A stretch of 63,996 bases of DNA, filler included, from Diploschistes diacapsis (taxonomy: Eukaryota): the NCBI GenBank assembly GCA_023645945.1. It is 7 parts of 7 records of this genome, joined end to end, with 100 filler letters (N's around TTAATTAATTAA, not from the genome) between each part and the next. Parts side by side here need not be neighbours in the genome. Positions count along the whole stretch, not along the records: positions 12,134 to 18,097 come from JALAIB010001459.1; positions 18,198 to 46,783 come from JALAIB010000146.1; 5 more parts are not named here. One strand, 5' to 3'. The notes below the pieces were generated by a model. It made no database searches. It saw only the letters and a list, made by a program, of their open reading frames with translations, and was not told where the DNA came from. The position numbers and the translations under genes were made by a program. Positions 12,204 through 24,100 of the stretch are shown here, in pieces (the first letter of the stretch is position 1; each line of letters opens with the position of its first letter).

Positions 12204-12304
12204 TAAAAATAACGATTAATTTCGAAGAATTATTGAAGATTTAAACTATTTCTTGGCAAAAGTGGCCGGAATCAGGGGGTGGCCGGAATCCCCGTCAAAC
12301 ACGT
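12204..12304 (-). mobile_element. Right terminal inverted repeat of a pogo/Fot1-like transposon
   Basis: ...GGCCGGAATCCCCGTCAAACACGT|TA, a ~100-bp inverted match to 5868-5967. Confidence 0.85.
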
Positions 12305-12306
12305 TA

Positions 12307-12836
12307 CGTATTATTATTATTTACAAATATGAACCTGTCCGGGGACGCAATAAACAAACGATTAATTTTAATACGATTAATTTCCGTTAAATAACCCCAC
12401 CTTTAAGTCATTTTATATATATGCGATAAACGGTTTAAGATATCTTCCATACTCGAAACGCTATATAAGACGTGGCAGATACTAAAACCAGCATTATAAA
12501 GAAAAGAGATAGCTATAACGCCCGAATATACGAACCGAGGTATAGGTTTTTTTTATTACCACAGCTACGCGCCTACATATTATATAATAGAGAAACAATG
12601 CTTCGGGGTTCCTAAAAGCATTATGATGAGTCTTTGGGCTTAGTGGGATAGTGCTACCTATTAGGCACTACCCCCGCTGTTACTTACACTTTTAGTTATT
12701 TCTTGGTTACTTTTTAACTTAATCTTTAAAAAATTCCGAAAATTTAAATCATATTCAAATATATTTAGAATATATTCGGATATAGTTTTTGAATATTTAT
12801 ATTCGAATAACTGAATAATTTTGATTACAGGGCCTA
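12307..12836. mobile_element. AT-rich transposon debris, possibly ending in a hAT-like terminus
   Basis: Very AT- and TpA-rich, with clustered GAATA(T)/ATTC subterminal motifs ending in CAGGGCCTA at 12828-12836. Confidence 0.4.
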
Positions 12837-13239
12837 CCAGTGATTATTACTGTATAGGTAGATATATGGGGTTGTTTTTTTAGATGCATGTGGTATCCTC
12901 TACAACAAATTTCCTCAAAAAATTGCCATTCGATGATAGATGGGGTTTTTATTGGACTTGATGACCTTGTACCATAAATGACATGGACCCTGGCTCTGAC
13001 AGCAAGCTTGTATACAGATTACATATAATCCGTTAAGTAAGTGGTCGGCTCCAACGACCAGTTCTGGCAGTATCCATGAGTTAGGACTACATGAAGCTTC
13101 TTTTTTTCGGACATGCCCATCAATCCGTGACTGGTTTACCCTCAAGTGATATTAACAGCACTGTCAAGATGCGTACCACTAGCCGAGAGGACAAGTTACT
13201 TGCTCAGTAAGTCTCCACGATTGGTTCGCATAGAATATC

Positions 13240-14561
13240 TCAAACTGCAACTTGGTGCCTTGGCGTTATTAGCAGCGATGAACACAAAGAGACCGCAGAT
13301 ATGCCCCTGCTTGGCTGCCGAGATTCTGATCGTTTAGCCTGTCCTTGCAGTGGATTTATTGGAAAGATTTCTGCTTCCTCAACGTTCTTCTCACAGGTGT
13401 CCTTGTTCTGCAATGTTGACTGCTGACCGGGCTGCACGTCATTCTTCTTGCGGCAACAAGGAATCTCTGCAAGAGGCTGAATTCTCATACCGCCTAGGAT
13501 TTTGCCCAAGCTCTGAAGCATTCTAGTGAAAATCATGTGGAGCTCGCAGAAAAAATTATCGTTGTTCAAAAGCTCCGCGAGTCCGTTAGGTCTAAACCGT
13601 GTAGGCCCTCGTCGTATGAGTCCGTCAGAATCGGACATCCGGCCGGTGGTAAGAACAGAAGATGGGCGAGTGATGTAAGAGCGCTCTGCGGAGTCCCTGT
13701 CAAACATATCATGCACCTTGACTCCACTGGCCATCTGAACAATATGTGTTACAATCTCCTCAAATAGGCTCCAGACCAAGGTGCAAGCCTCAAAGGCTCT
13801 TTGTGTATCACTCCCCGCAAGTGCTAGCAAGGCGTAGTAACGACACCCACCACGAGCGAACTCATCTTCTAGCCTGAAAATATACGCAATTGTGTAGCCG
13901 GTAATAGAGTCACCAAACCAAAGGGGTCCTGATGTATGCCCTCGAGGAAGCTGTTCACCAGATAAAGTACGGACGGTAGCTCGGCGCAAACTAGAGAATA
14001 CCTCTGGTTCAGCGGGGTTCGCGCTCGAAACATATTCGAGGATGTGACTATGGCATTCGGCGCCCGAGCTGGGGTGATTACAGATGTTGTTAGGATGGTA
14101 AAAGATGGGATGGAGATCCGCTATGCTATCTTCACTATCCACACAAACGCGAATCCCCTCTGTAGTCCGCAGAGATGGTGGCTCACCCGTGACTTGATTC
14201 GGCCGATTGGCGAGATCTCCACTGCCGCGCGCCTCATCTGGTAGGCTTATCCGACAACTGCGACACTTGTTTGTATCAGAGGCGCCAGGGTAGAGGGTCA
14301 GACGATTAGCTCGGGATGGGAAGCAAGTCGAGCTTTCTAGATTTCTTTGTGAAGCATCGATTTGAATGGATGAAGCCTGCGACGCTGGCCAACAAGCTGA
14401 GCAAGAGGCTGGGAGAGCCTGCGTGCAGATGACGGAGGTCGGACCGTGGAGTTCGCAGAAATGAGCAAGGGAGAGCTGCAGAGAAAGGCGGACACAATTA
14501 GATAGGCTTTACCAGCAATGGACATGCAGAGCAACTACCAGCAGCTTACTGTGAAATCCAT
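13240..14561 (-). CDS. LST7: Folliculin / Lst7 family protein
   Basis: Micro-exon MDFT (14561), then LSLAHFCELHGPTSVICTQ and LRRATVRTLSGEQLP...GPLWFGDSITGYTIAYIFRLEDEFARGGCRYYALLAL. Confidence 0.88.
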
Positions 14562-14834
14562 TTCCCTCTATTCATCCAGAGTCTCATATGCCATTAATGA
14601 GAGAACTTCATCAAGCTTAACTAGTTTCAAGAACCAGTGTGACCATCACAAAGGCTGTTATTGAGATGCAAGCCAGCCGTGAAGATTTTTCGCCATCTTT
14701 CTGACCTTAAAGCTCGCTGTAGTGCAGTAAACTGTTGAACAACTGGTGAATCAGGTACAGGCCTAGGAAAACGGTAATCAAGCGAGCCCTCACTTCTATC
14801 CCGCTAGGATGAACATTGCCAGTTAGGTTATTTA

Positions 14835-14878
14835 CAGTGGGGTGCCAAAAGTAGTTAGGTCCCCCCTATTTCTGGCAA
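14835..14878 (+). mobile_element. Short Tc1/impala-like left-end remnant
   Basis: TA|CAGTGGGGTGCCAAAAGT..., interrupted after ~44 bp by the inverted repeat starting at 14879. Confidence 0.5.
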
Positions 14879-16106
14879 GTCTTATTCTGCCTACTATACA
14901 TATAAATTATATAATAAATACCATGGTTCTCAAGATACTTTCTTAGTCATATTAATTTATATGCAGCCATAAGTATCGATGAAACTAACCCTCTTTCCAA
15001 CCATTTTTATTTACTTAACGATCGATTACATACTTTTTTTCGTATTTTTAATTTTAATATTCTAATTTTTTTTAGATACGATAGAGCCCTTATTATTTAC
15101 TCGCTTTACTCGTTCTACGCGTCCTACCGCCTTCTCTACCGCCGCAATGGTCACGGCCACGTTCGATATAATCGCCGACAACGATAAACTAAGTCTTAAA
15201 GACTTTATATTTTACGACACCCTCTCCGCCGTTCTAGGTCGTGATATTATTATTTCGCCCGCTCCGACGCCTACTACCTCACCGTCCCCTAGCTCGCCTA
15301 CCCTCGCCGTTCTCGCCGAGCCTACGCGGGCCCAGATACTTTTACCGCCGCTATCTATTATAAAAAGGTTTTACAGCTTCCCTACGAACCTTCCGACGTA
15401 AAAGACGCGTTTTTTTACCGTCGGCGGACATCCTTCGGATGATCGTGGCGGATTTTTTAACGCGTTTTTAGCTTTACGTGGATAACTTTTAGACTTTTAG
15501 ACGTCCAATCCGACGTCTAAAAATATTACGTGATATCGCTGCCGTTATTGCGATATCTATTACGCGTAGTATCGATATAAAGAGAAAAAAGATAACGCGC
15601 GACCGCGTAATCTATAGTATGGCTATCGCGGTCCGCAGAGGCGTAAGCGGCGTAATAATCGAGCGGATAAGATCTCGTTAATATCGCGGGCCTTGTAGAT
15701 AGGCGCATTTAGACTATCGCCGCGTAGGCGCGAGGGCGGCCTAGGATTATTAGCGAGAAAGGCTCTCGACTGGCTTTTGGGGCGGAGAAAAAGAAAAACG
15801 AAGGGGAGTATAATAAATGAAAAAGAAACACGGCATAAAGAAGATTATAAAAGGGTTAAAAGCACATTTTTTAAGCTGCTTTTAAAGCATTTTAAACATC
15901 TTTTGATATTTTAGTATTGATTTTTTATTGCGATATAGTCTTTATAGCTATAATAACAATCATATTTTATTTATTTTATATTTAATTTTATATAGTTTTG
16001 CGTATTTTTGTGAGTGACATGCACTTATATGCAGCGAACTAGACGAAATGCATCACTAAGGCGCCACCGAATATGTTACACAATTTTACAGTAGGCAGAA
16101 TAAGAC
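14879..16106. mobile_element. RIP-degraded 1.2-kb segment bounded by 20-bp inverted repeats
   Basis: GTCTTATTCTGCCTACTATA (14879-14898) versus TACAGTAGGCAGAATAAGAC (16087-16106), one G>A mismatch. The interior is strongly depleted of CpA/TpG. Confidence 0.7.
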
Positions 16107-16690
16107 AATCCATGTCGGCGGTGGTCATGGCAGTGTAAGCCAGTACCTCGCCGAACATACTCACCATCTACGCTTTCATGTGCAGGATATGTCAGAAACG
16201 GTAGAAACAGCGAAGACACTATTGCCTTCCCCGCTACGCGAGCGAGTCGAGTTTATTGCGCATGATTTCTTCACGCCGCAAGATGCCTAAGCCGACGTGA
16301 TCCTCCTTCGCTGGGTCTTGCACAACTAGGGCGATGTGTGTACGCGGTGGCTGTCTTAAAAAACCTTGTGCCGGCAATAAGAGATGGAACCCGCATCGTG
16401 CTTTTCGAGTGGCTGATGAAGGAAGAGCCGCCGATGCGGGCGACGGAGAAGATGAGCGTGTAAGTCTTGAGCCACCTGCTTCCAGATCTTCACGCGTGCT
16501 AGTATGTTATGCTCTAGGACTATGGACATGGTTATGCTCACGTGCTTCAACGGAGCTGTACGGACGGAGAGTGATTTCAGGCGGATCGTAAAAGGAAGCG
16601 GACGAGAGATTTATCATCGATGCTTTGCGGACGCCCAAGGGAAGTGGGATGACGGTGATAGAAATCTCATGGAGGTCATCCTAGAGGAAG
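16107..16690 (+). pseudogene. 5'-truncated O-methyltransferase (fungal secondary-metabolism type) pseudogene
   Basis: VGGGHGSVSQYLAE, FHVQDMSETV, RVEFIAHDFFTPQ, ADVILLRWVLHN*(W>TAG), DMVMLTCFNGAVRTESDF, with in-frame stops and frameshifts. Confidence 0.85.
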
Positions 16691-17128
16691 CGGTTCTTCT
16701 ACGGACTTCCTACACGAGTGTAGAGATATTGACGCACAAAATGGACCTTTCTATATTGCTGCCGTCGATTGAGCTTCAAGGCATTGAGTCACTCAGAAGA
16801 GAAAGAGCTCTCCTTAACCTGGTAGTCCGAACCGTGGAGGCGCTCCTCAAGCCATTCCGATAGGTTATGCCAGAGACTGTATTATGCAAGCAGTGCCAAT
16901 ATCAAGCATTAGAAAGAAGCGACGTAGCATCACCTCGCATAGTTGAAGCTCTCTCCCCAGGCTCATTTGCTGTATTGAAGGGTGGGGCCAAAGGATCAAC
17001 CCTGTCCTGTCTGCTGCCGCATCGAGTCAGTGCTTTCGACGGACATCCAATTCCCCCCGTATGCATATGAACAAACCACACTTTCCCTAATTTTCCGAGT
17101 AACTACATTCCCCAATACATAGCACACA

Positions 17129-18097
17129 ATGGCGCAAGATCCTCGCGCCCTGCTCCAAAAGGTTCTCCGCCCGCCCTCCATCTTCCCCGCTTCAGTGATC
17201 GCAGCTAACAGCATCATCGATAGGCAGACAAGGCCGCACAAGGGGCCACCGGTGGCTTCAGCCTCTTCGGCGGCCGGCAGGAGAAATGGGAGAATGCAGC
17301 AGATCTCTACACCCAGGCGGCGAATGCATTTCGGATGCAGAAGCAAGGTACCATTGCTCTCCCCTCCCTCTGCCCGCACTCCGGGGCCCCATATTTGCAC
17401 CTCCCCTCTACGCCCACTGGCTTTGCTAATCCTTCCCTCTGCTGTACCACAGGCAAAGAAGCCGGCCAGGCGCTCGAGCGCGCCGCCTCGATCCAGAGCT
17501 CCAAACTCAACGAGCCCGATGACGCGGCAAATTCGTGGACGGAAGCGTTCAAGGCCTATCGGAAATCGGATCCTGAGGACGCGATCCGCTGCCTGCAGCT
17601 GGCCATCAACCACTACACTAGCAAAGGGAATTTCCGACGGGCAGCGCAGTGGCAGCAGAATCTCGCCGAGTGTCTGGAGCAGGAGCTCGGGGATCAGAAG
17701 AGGGCGGTGGAAGCGTACGAAGTGGCAGGTGGGTGGTATGAGGGTGATGGGGCCGAGGCGTGAGTCACATCCCCACCGAGCCGCATAGTATGGGGCAGGG
17801 ACTTTCGAAGAGCCAGGCGATAGGTTTACTTGGGAATGCGGGGGGGGGAATGTTATGCTAACGGGACGAGGTGACAGGTTGGCGAACAAGCTCTACCTCA
17901 AGGTCGCCGACCTCGCGGCGTTGGAAGCAGACTACTACAAGGCCATCGAGCAGTACGAGAAAGTGTCGCGGACGTCGGTCAACAACAACCTCATGCGCTG
18001 GTCCGTCAAAGACTACTTCCTCAAGGCCGGGATATGCCACCTTGCCACTGGCGTTAGTTCTCCCATCTCCCTCCTCCCTCCTTTCCCTCCCAAACCC
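17129..18097 (+). CDS. SEC17: Alpha-soluble NSF attachment protein (3' part lost in gap)
   Basis: Exons MAQDPRALLQK / ADKAAQGATGGFSLFGGRQEKWENAADLYTQAANAFRMQKQ / ...GNFRRAA... / LANKLYLKVADLAALE...WSVKDYFLKAGICHLA, separated by GT-AG introns. Confidence 0.95.
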
Positions 18098-18197
18098 NNN
18101 NNNNNNNNNNNNNNNNNNNNNNNNNNNNNNNNNNNNNNNNNTTAATTAATTAANNNNNNNNNNNNNNNNNNNNNNNNNNNNNNNNNNNNNNNNNNNN
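18098..18197. other. Assembly gap linker
   Basis: N44-TTAATTAATTAA-N44. Confidence 0.98.
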
Positions 18198-19763
18198 CTC
18201 CCCCAAGTTCTGAAGCGCTCGGCTATCGAGACAATCCCCTTCTACCGGCTTGCTGTTTGAATATCACCATAAGCAACGAACCTCTGATGGCTGCAACTTA
18301 GTGACGAATCGCCAGTTCTCGTTCAATGTCACCTTCCATCAGCAGGGACAATGTCTGGCAATTCTCCATCTGACCACCTCTTGTTTTTCTTCACCTATTC
18401 CATCACTCGTTGCTGTTCAGTTAAGGGTTTGATGGCCAGCGACCATCCATCTGCTCACCGCCTCTTGGACAGGGTCACACCAGCAGCGGCGCGAAGCCGA
18501 GTAGGGAAAGGGAAAAGAAAATACTGACGAGAGAGCTTTCTAGCCCCCTGGCACAAGGCACGCGCTCGGAGTCTGAACAACTGAATCTATCGCTTGGACC
18601 AGCACATCAAAATTCGAAATTTGCCCGTGCGGTTAGCGAACTCGTGATCCCTTGCGGATCGGGTAGGTGGGTTGTTCTCCGTGCTCGGACCGGAAGCTAT
18701 GAGTGACCGAGGAGAAGGATGCACCGGCAGGACTTGGCATTCTGATAACTGAGTGCAAAGGAAGTATTACATGCGTAAGATCTCAAGGTCTGGTGGGCTC
18801 TGAACATCTAGAGGCAAAGATGAGACGGGTTGAGACCGAACAGGAAAAAATCGACCTCGGCCCAAAGTTTTGAGGATCGGGCCGCCGTTGAGTACCCAGT
18901 AGGTAGGTCATAGTACTTCCTCCATGTATATACCGTTACTTACAACCCACCTTTCTCTATTGCGTTCAACGTTCAGCAGCGCTTCAACTTGTCCCTTACC
19001 TCAAGCTGCAATGGCTGCTTGGATCTGCTTGCTCTTGGAAATTCTCATGTAGTGCGGCAAACATCTGGGTTCCCCCAGCGGACAACTCGCTGTTACTTCA
19101 CTTATTGTTCCCTGAAAGAGCATCATATAGCCCCTACCCAGAGATCCCCCTAGCAGATCACACGGGCCCCCGCAGCAAAGGGACTCCCGCCGCTTCCACA
19201 GTGCTGCCCCCCACAGCTTTGGAAGGTACACCGGCATCGTATCGATCGAGGCAAATGCCCAACAGATAGATTAGAAATGCGCTGGGCCGTTGCTAGTGGG
19301 TTAGAAATTCGTTGAATCTGAGCCATGCCGACAAAACTCCGTGTAATCATGAGACGAAACACATTCGTGGGACAACTCAGCCCACCGTATTGACGCAGCT
19401 AATCGACACTTATAAAAATGCTGTCTTTTCCAGCAGTTCTAATTGGCTCGGCCTCAAGGATTGCCATCGATCAATTATGCAAGGATGACAGTGCTCAAAG
19501 CTAGTTCAATAATGAGGGGTGGTATGCCACCCAATTCGGTTTAAGGCGCCAGAGGCATCTTGTGGCGTTCGAGAGGGCGGGGGGAAACAGCTTCCGATGG
19601 AGCGCCGGTGAGCTTGGCGAGTGTGATGCCGTGCATGATGGAGGGGAGGGGATTGTGGTCCACGCCGCGGCGGGGGTGTTGTTGTGCGAGGAGGATGCGT
19701 GGAAGGGATTATCAACAGGGGGAGGCGTGGGGGGGAGATGGGAATGGGCGTGTGGGAAGGATT

Positions 19764-19869
19764 CAATACAATACAATACAACACAATACAATACAAAACA
19801 CGCATACCTGGTAATTTTCGTAGGGCTGGCAGCCTGATCATTGGAATCACTGGAATCACTGGAATCACC
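19764..19869. repeat. Microsatellites (CAATA)n and (TGGAATCAC)3
   Basis: Directly visible at ~19764-19797 and 19842-19868. Confidence 0.85.
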
Positions 19870-21162
19870 CACCTTGTTTGTTGCACGTTGAGCTGATAGT
19901 CATTTTTCTGTTTGCTCATTGCAAGCAATCTGACAAACAGCCTCGAATTATCAGTCACATAAGTTTGACAACTTTGTAACCGGGCCGGTGAGTCAAAGCT
20001 ACCTAACCTAGTCAGTAGTTCATAAGCTCATAGACCCCATCCGGCGTTACTCATCCCCGGTGCAGTCATTGACCGATATGCTGATGACTGGACCGACGAC
20101 GAGATCGACTCATCATGAGTCGACGAAGCTGCACTCCAACCAGCATGATAAAGAAGCAGGTAACATTCAACGAATACTACCGGCACTACGAATACATCTC
20201 TTCTCGTTGTTCTATCTCTGAGTGTCTTGTCAGACGACGCCCAACACATCCCCTCGAAGGCGGATGACCTCTGCGCTGTTCTGCGCTGTTCACCGCTTTT
20301 TTGACCTCTCCAACCACCGAATTCTTTGCTCTGCCTGCGAAACCACTTCTCGAGTTATCCGATAGCCTCCAATTGTTGGACATGGATGACAACAGCACTT
20401 TATGTGAGTAGATTGATTCTTGATCCTTATCGAATATGACCATGTCTGCGAACTTCCTTTTTCGTCTTGACGTCTGTATCTCTCAAACCTGTGTATGCAA
20501 AAGTTCTCACACCCATTGTCCTCTACTGCATCGTTATAGTCCATCTCAGATATGCACGACTCGGCGTCAACGAAACTTTGCACCGGGGCGCTTACGTTAA
20601 GTTTACGTCTGTGATTGCCCAAAATCTGTCTTTCCCCTCAACGACGTGACCCTTTGCGAGCACAAGATCGAGGCGATGCGCTGGCACATCCATGGTCACA
20701 TGCTCATACAGACTGGAATTTAGGCTCGCACCCTGCGCCTGAGGCTCCCGTCTCGGCAGACTCTGGTAACGTAGGACACTCGCTGCCCCAAAGGAATCAC
20801 CAAAAGAATCAGAAAAGTCGAGAGCGACCTCTTGCGGCCAAAACAGGCTCTCGACCGACGTCGAATACTCCCTGCAGATTCTTCGGTACCATAGGAGGTG
20901 AGTCGATAGCTCTCGTACGAGGCTGGGGAGTCTCTCATAGTTCTTGCCCTGCTGGGCCATCCTGCGTTACGACCTCAAGCTGTTGATTGGTTCTGCCGTG
21001 TCTTGTTATCGCTTTTGGTTACGTAAACCGCCTAATCCTTAGGGACTTCTGGCTATTGTTGTTCTCTATTCCCAGTTTTTGTACTTACAGCTCGGATAAT
21101 GATATGAAGAATGACCCGAGAATTCCCGTATAGGCTGCCGAGCCGGATCGCGTTGCCCCTTT

Positions 21163-24100
21163 TTGCATGGCCGCGCGGTGGACCATGCGCAGTCTTCTCA
21201 AGCAGCAGACAGGCAGGAGCCCGAGCCAGCATCTTCTACGCCGGTGGATGTTCGAGTTGCTGCCTCAGGAGCAGGTCCCGCCGGGGGAACTCTGCGCCGG
21301 CAATATGTTCCGCCACGGGTCGATTCTGCCAAAGTCGCTAAGAAGCCTCAATCGGTCGCCAAGGTTCCGCCCCGTGACTTTGAATTGAACCAGGTTCGAC
21401 GGCGTTTCTCGCCTGTGGAGACTTCGACGGTGGATAGCACCATTTTGGCCTTCAGATTGCACCCAACGGATCCGGATTTCCCATTTGAACTGGAGTATCT
21501 GGACTGTATACTGCAAGTACCCACGCTATACCCTGATACTGCCCTGCCTACGTTGAATGTGAGGAACAAGGAGATGGAAAGAGGATTCCAAGTAAACGTC
21601 GAGCAGGGGTTCAGTTCGATTGTCAAGGCTTCTCCACGGTCTTCCCTACTTTCATACTTGAACGCCCTAGACAGACGTTTGGAGCCTCTGCTCTCGGGTC
21701 ATAAAGCAGAGACTATCAAGTTCGTTGCGAATGCCCGCAAGAGCGACGACACTCATCACAGCGCCATGGTGAACAGGGATATGCAAGTCGAAAAGGCCCA
21801 GGAATCATTACCTCAGAGGCCGGTAGGTACTGCCTATTCCCCCGAACAGCGCGTAGCGGCTACGTCTCGGAGAGAAGTGGAGACGAGGCAGCTAGAAGCT
21901 CGCCTGGGGCGTCAACCTATGTTCGCAAAGTCCTCCGATGGCGTTGCCTACACTTTACCTGTCGAGCCGCGCCGAAGACTGGACCTCCCCGTCCCCATCC
22001 AGAGCGTCAAATCCTTGCGTCTGTTTGTGCCGATGCTGTACCCCCTATTACCGTGTCGCATAGCATTGCAAGGCGTAGCCAGAGATGCCGCCCTCCCTAC
22101 GGAAAGGGCATTCGAGAAGAGAGCGCAAGAGTCGCCGGAGACGACCCTGACGGGCCACATCAACTTCTTGGCCACTAACATGCACACTTTTGCCGCCGAA
22201 GATGTCGGGTTCGATGATTCCCAAGATGCTAATTCGGAACTGGAATTTCAGAACTTGGATCTGCAGGACGAGGACGTAGCCGAACATCCGGGCCCCAGAC
22301 AGGCTCCTGATGCAGACCAAGATGATCGAGCCCACCTACATGTGGTTTCCCGCCCCCCTGAGTGGGCCTTCACGGCAGGAAAGGACTCGGATAGCGAATC
22401 CGATGACTTCAACGACGAGGAGTTATCCTCCGAAGAAAACGAGGAAGCCGCAAAGCCTGCCAATGAAGGGCCAGAAAGGGGCATATCGATAGATTTTCCC
22501 AATCTGGAAATATTTGGAATTGAACTTCTCGAACTAACGTCACTTAGCCTGATTGCGAAATGCACACGTTGCAAGGAAAGCACAGATGTTAATAATTTAC
22601 GCCACGAAACAACATCACCGCGGCAGGAGAGTTGCAAGAAGTGCGCAAGTGTTTTGACCTTGGGTATTCCATTGTACTTCCCTACGTTACCGAAGTATAC
22701 TCAGGATCAAAGCAGGATTTCGAAGAGAACTCATACATGTGCAATCAAAGCGAGCCGGTTATATTGACCTTGATGGATGTACCGTCGCCGATATGCTTCC
22801 AAGGTAAGGCATCAGCCCAACATTGAATTGCACCTACTGCAGATCGATGGTCTAGCATGGGCAAAGCTCTGTCTGTTGCACGTTCGATGGGCTGCAGAAG
22901 GAAGGACGACCAACTGACATGATATGCCAGCAAATTTGTCCCAACCTGTGCCACTTGCTCAACGGTTTACAATGAACCGGGTATCACCTCGGTCAGGGGA
23001 GACACTTCGATTGCTAGCTGCCGAAAATGCCATGCAAAGATGAGTGCGTGCTTCCAGCCATTAACCCTTTCCTAGGCGAGAGAAGATTGGCTGTTCGTGC
23101 GAGTTTGAGCGGCTTCCAACTCCTCCGCAACCTCAACTGCAACTGGGCTAACAGGCCAAATAACTACAGCGATCAAAATCCCAGAGGTGAAGTTCTTGAT
23201 GGTGTCCAGCTTTGGTCAGTATGATTTCATTTTCAAGTCGCAAGATCAATGCACATGCTCTCTCAAATCACCTCGTTTCCCCTCGTAGATTTTTGGGAAA
23301 GAGGGGAAATCAGCATGACGGAGACTTGGCCGGCGGTTCTATGAGGAACCAAACCTCCATCGGCCATCGATCCTTTTTCGGGGCTTGTTATGGATGGCCA
23401 GTCTCCCACCAAGTACGAGGTTGTTTCTATTCGGATTGTGGACATGTTGCACACGAACCACCAACAAAGGCGTATCCTTGCGTTTCCAGCTGCTATTCTG
23501 GAATTTGGCTGGAATCCCGTTTCTCCAACAGCTTCCAAGCACAGCATCATGCCCAGCATTCCCGTCGTCATTTACCTCCTGGTGCTTGAGCTGCTACAAA
23601 TGGGCGCGGACTCTTCTCCGAAGCTCAGCCGTTTTGACCTGCACGGTTGCACCTTTGGCTCGCACCCACTCGGTACTTTTACTAACTTTTATATTGCTCC
23701 TCCACATAGCCAAACGATCACTTGCTCCTCGTCAAAAAAAGGTATGCAGGTTTGCTATCGCATCGGCCTTAGAAATCCGATACTCCACTACCTCAACACC
23801 TCAGCCATGCCCCATGCTATTCTTCATCGTCATCCATGCTACAACCTAGACATAACAGTGGCTGATGCTTTAACTTTCAACGATTGTCGCAGCCTCGAGA
23901 GTCTCTTGGTATCACTGCGGGCCAGCCGCTTCCCCGTTCAGGCCGTTGCATTCACTACAGGAAGTCGTACCGTTGGTTTAGGTAAGTTGCCTCACTCCTT
24001 CATCCTCGAAGATATTTTCTTTACCTGAATTGGTTCTCTGCCGTCAGGCACTCCAATCATGCACCTTAGACCCAGCAGGCAAGTGCTCCGGTGTGAGTGC

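Noticed and set aside
18198..20030. Short ORFs and small hairpins (e.g. ~18645-18716) as a gene or ncRNA
   Set aside because: No recognisable motifs; the ORFs arise from low-complexity and microsatellite sequence.
20028..20960. Minus-strand ORFs divergent from the CHY gene
   Set aside because: I could not build a coherent spliced model or recognise a family; a real small gene is not excluded.
23390..24028. 212-aa plus-strand ORF as a nested gene
   Set aside because: It overlaps CHY exons and introns and has no protein-like motifs.
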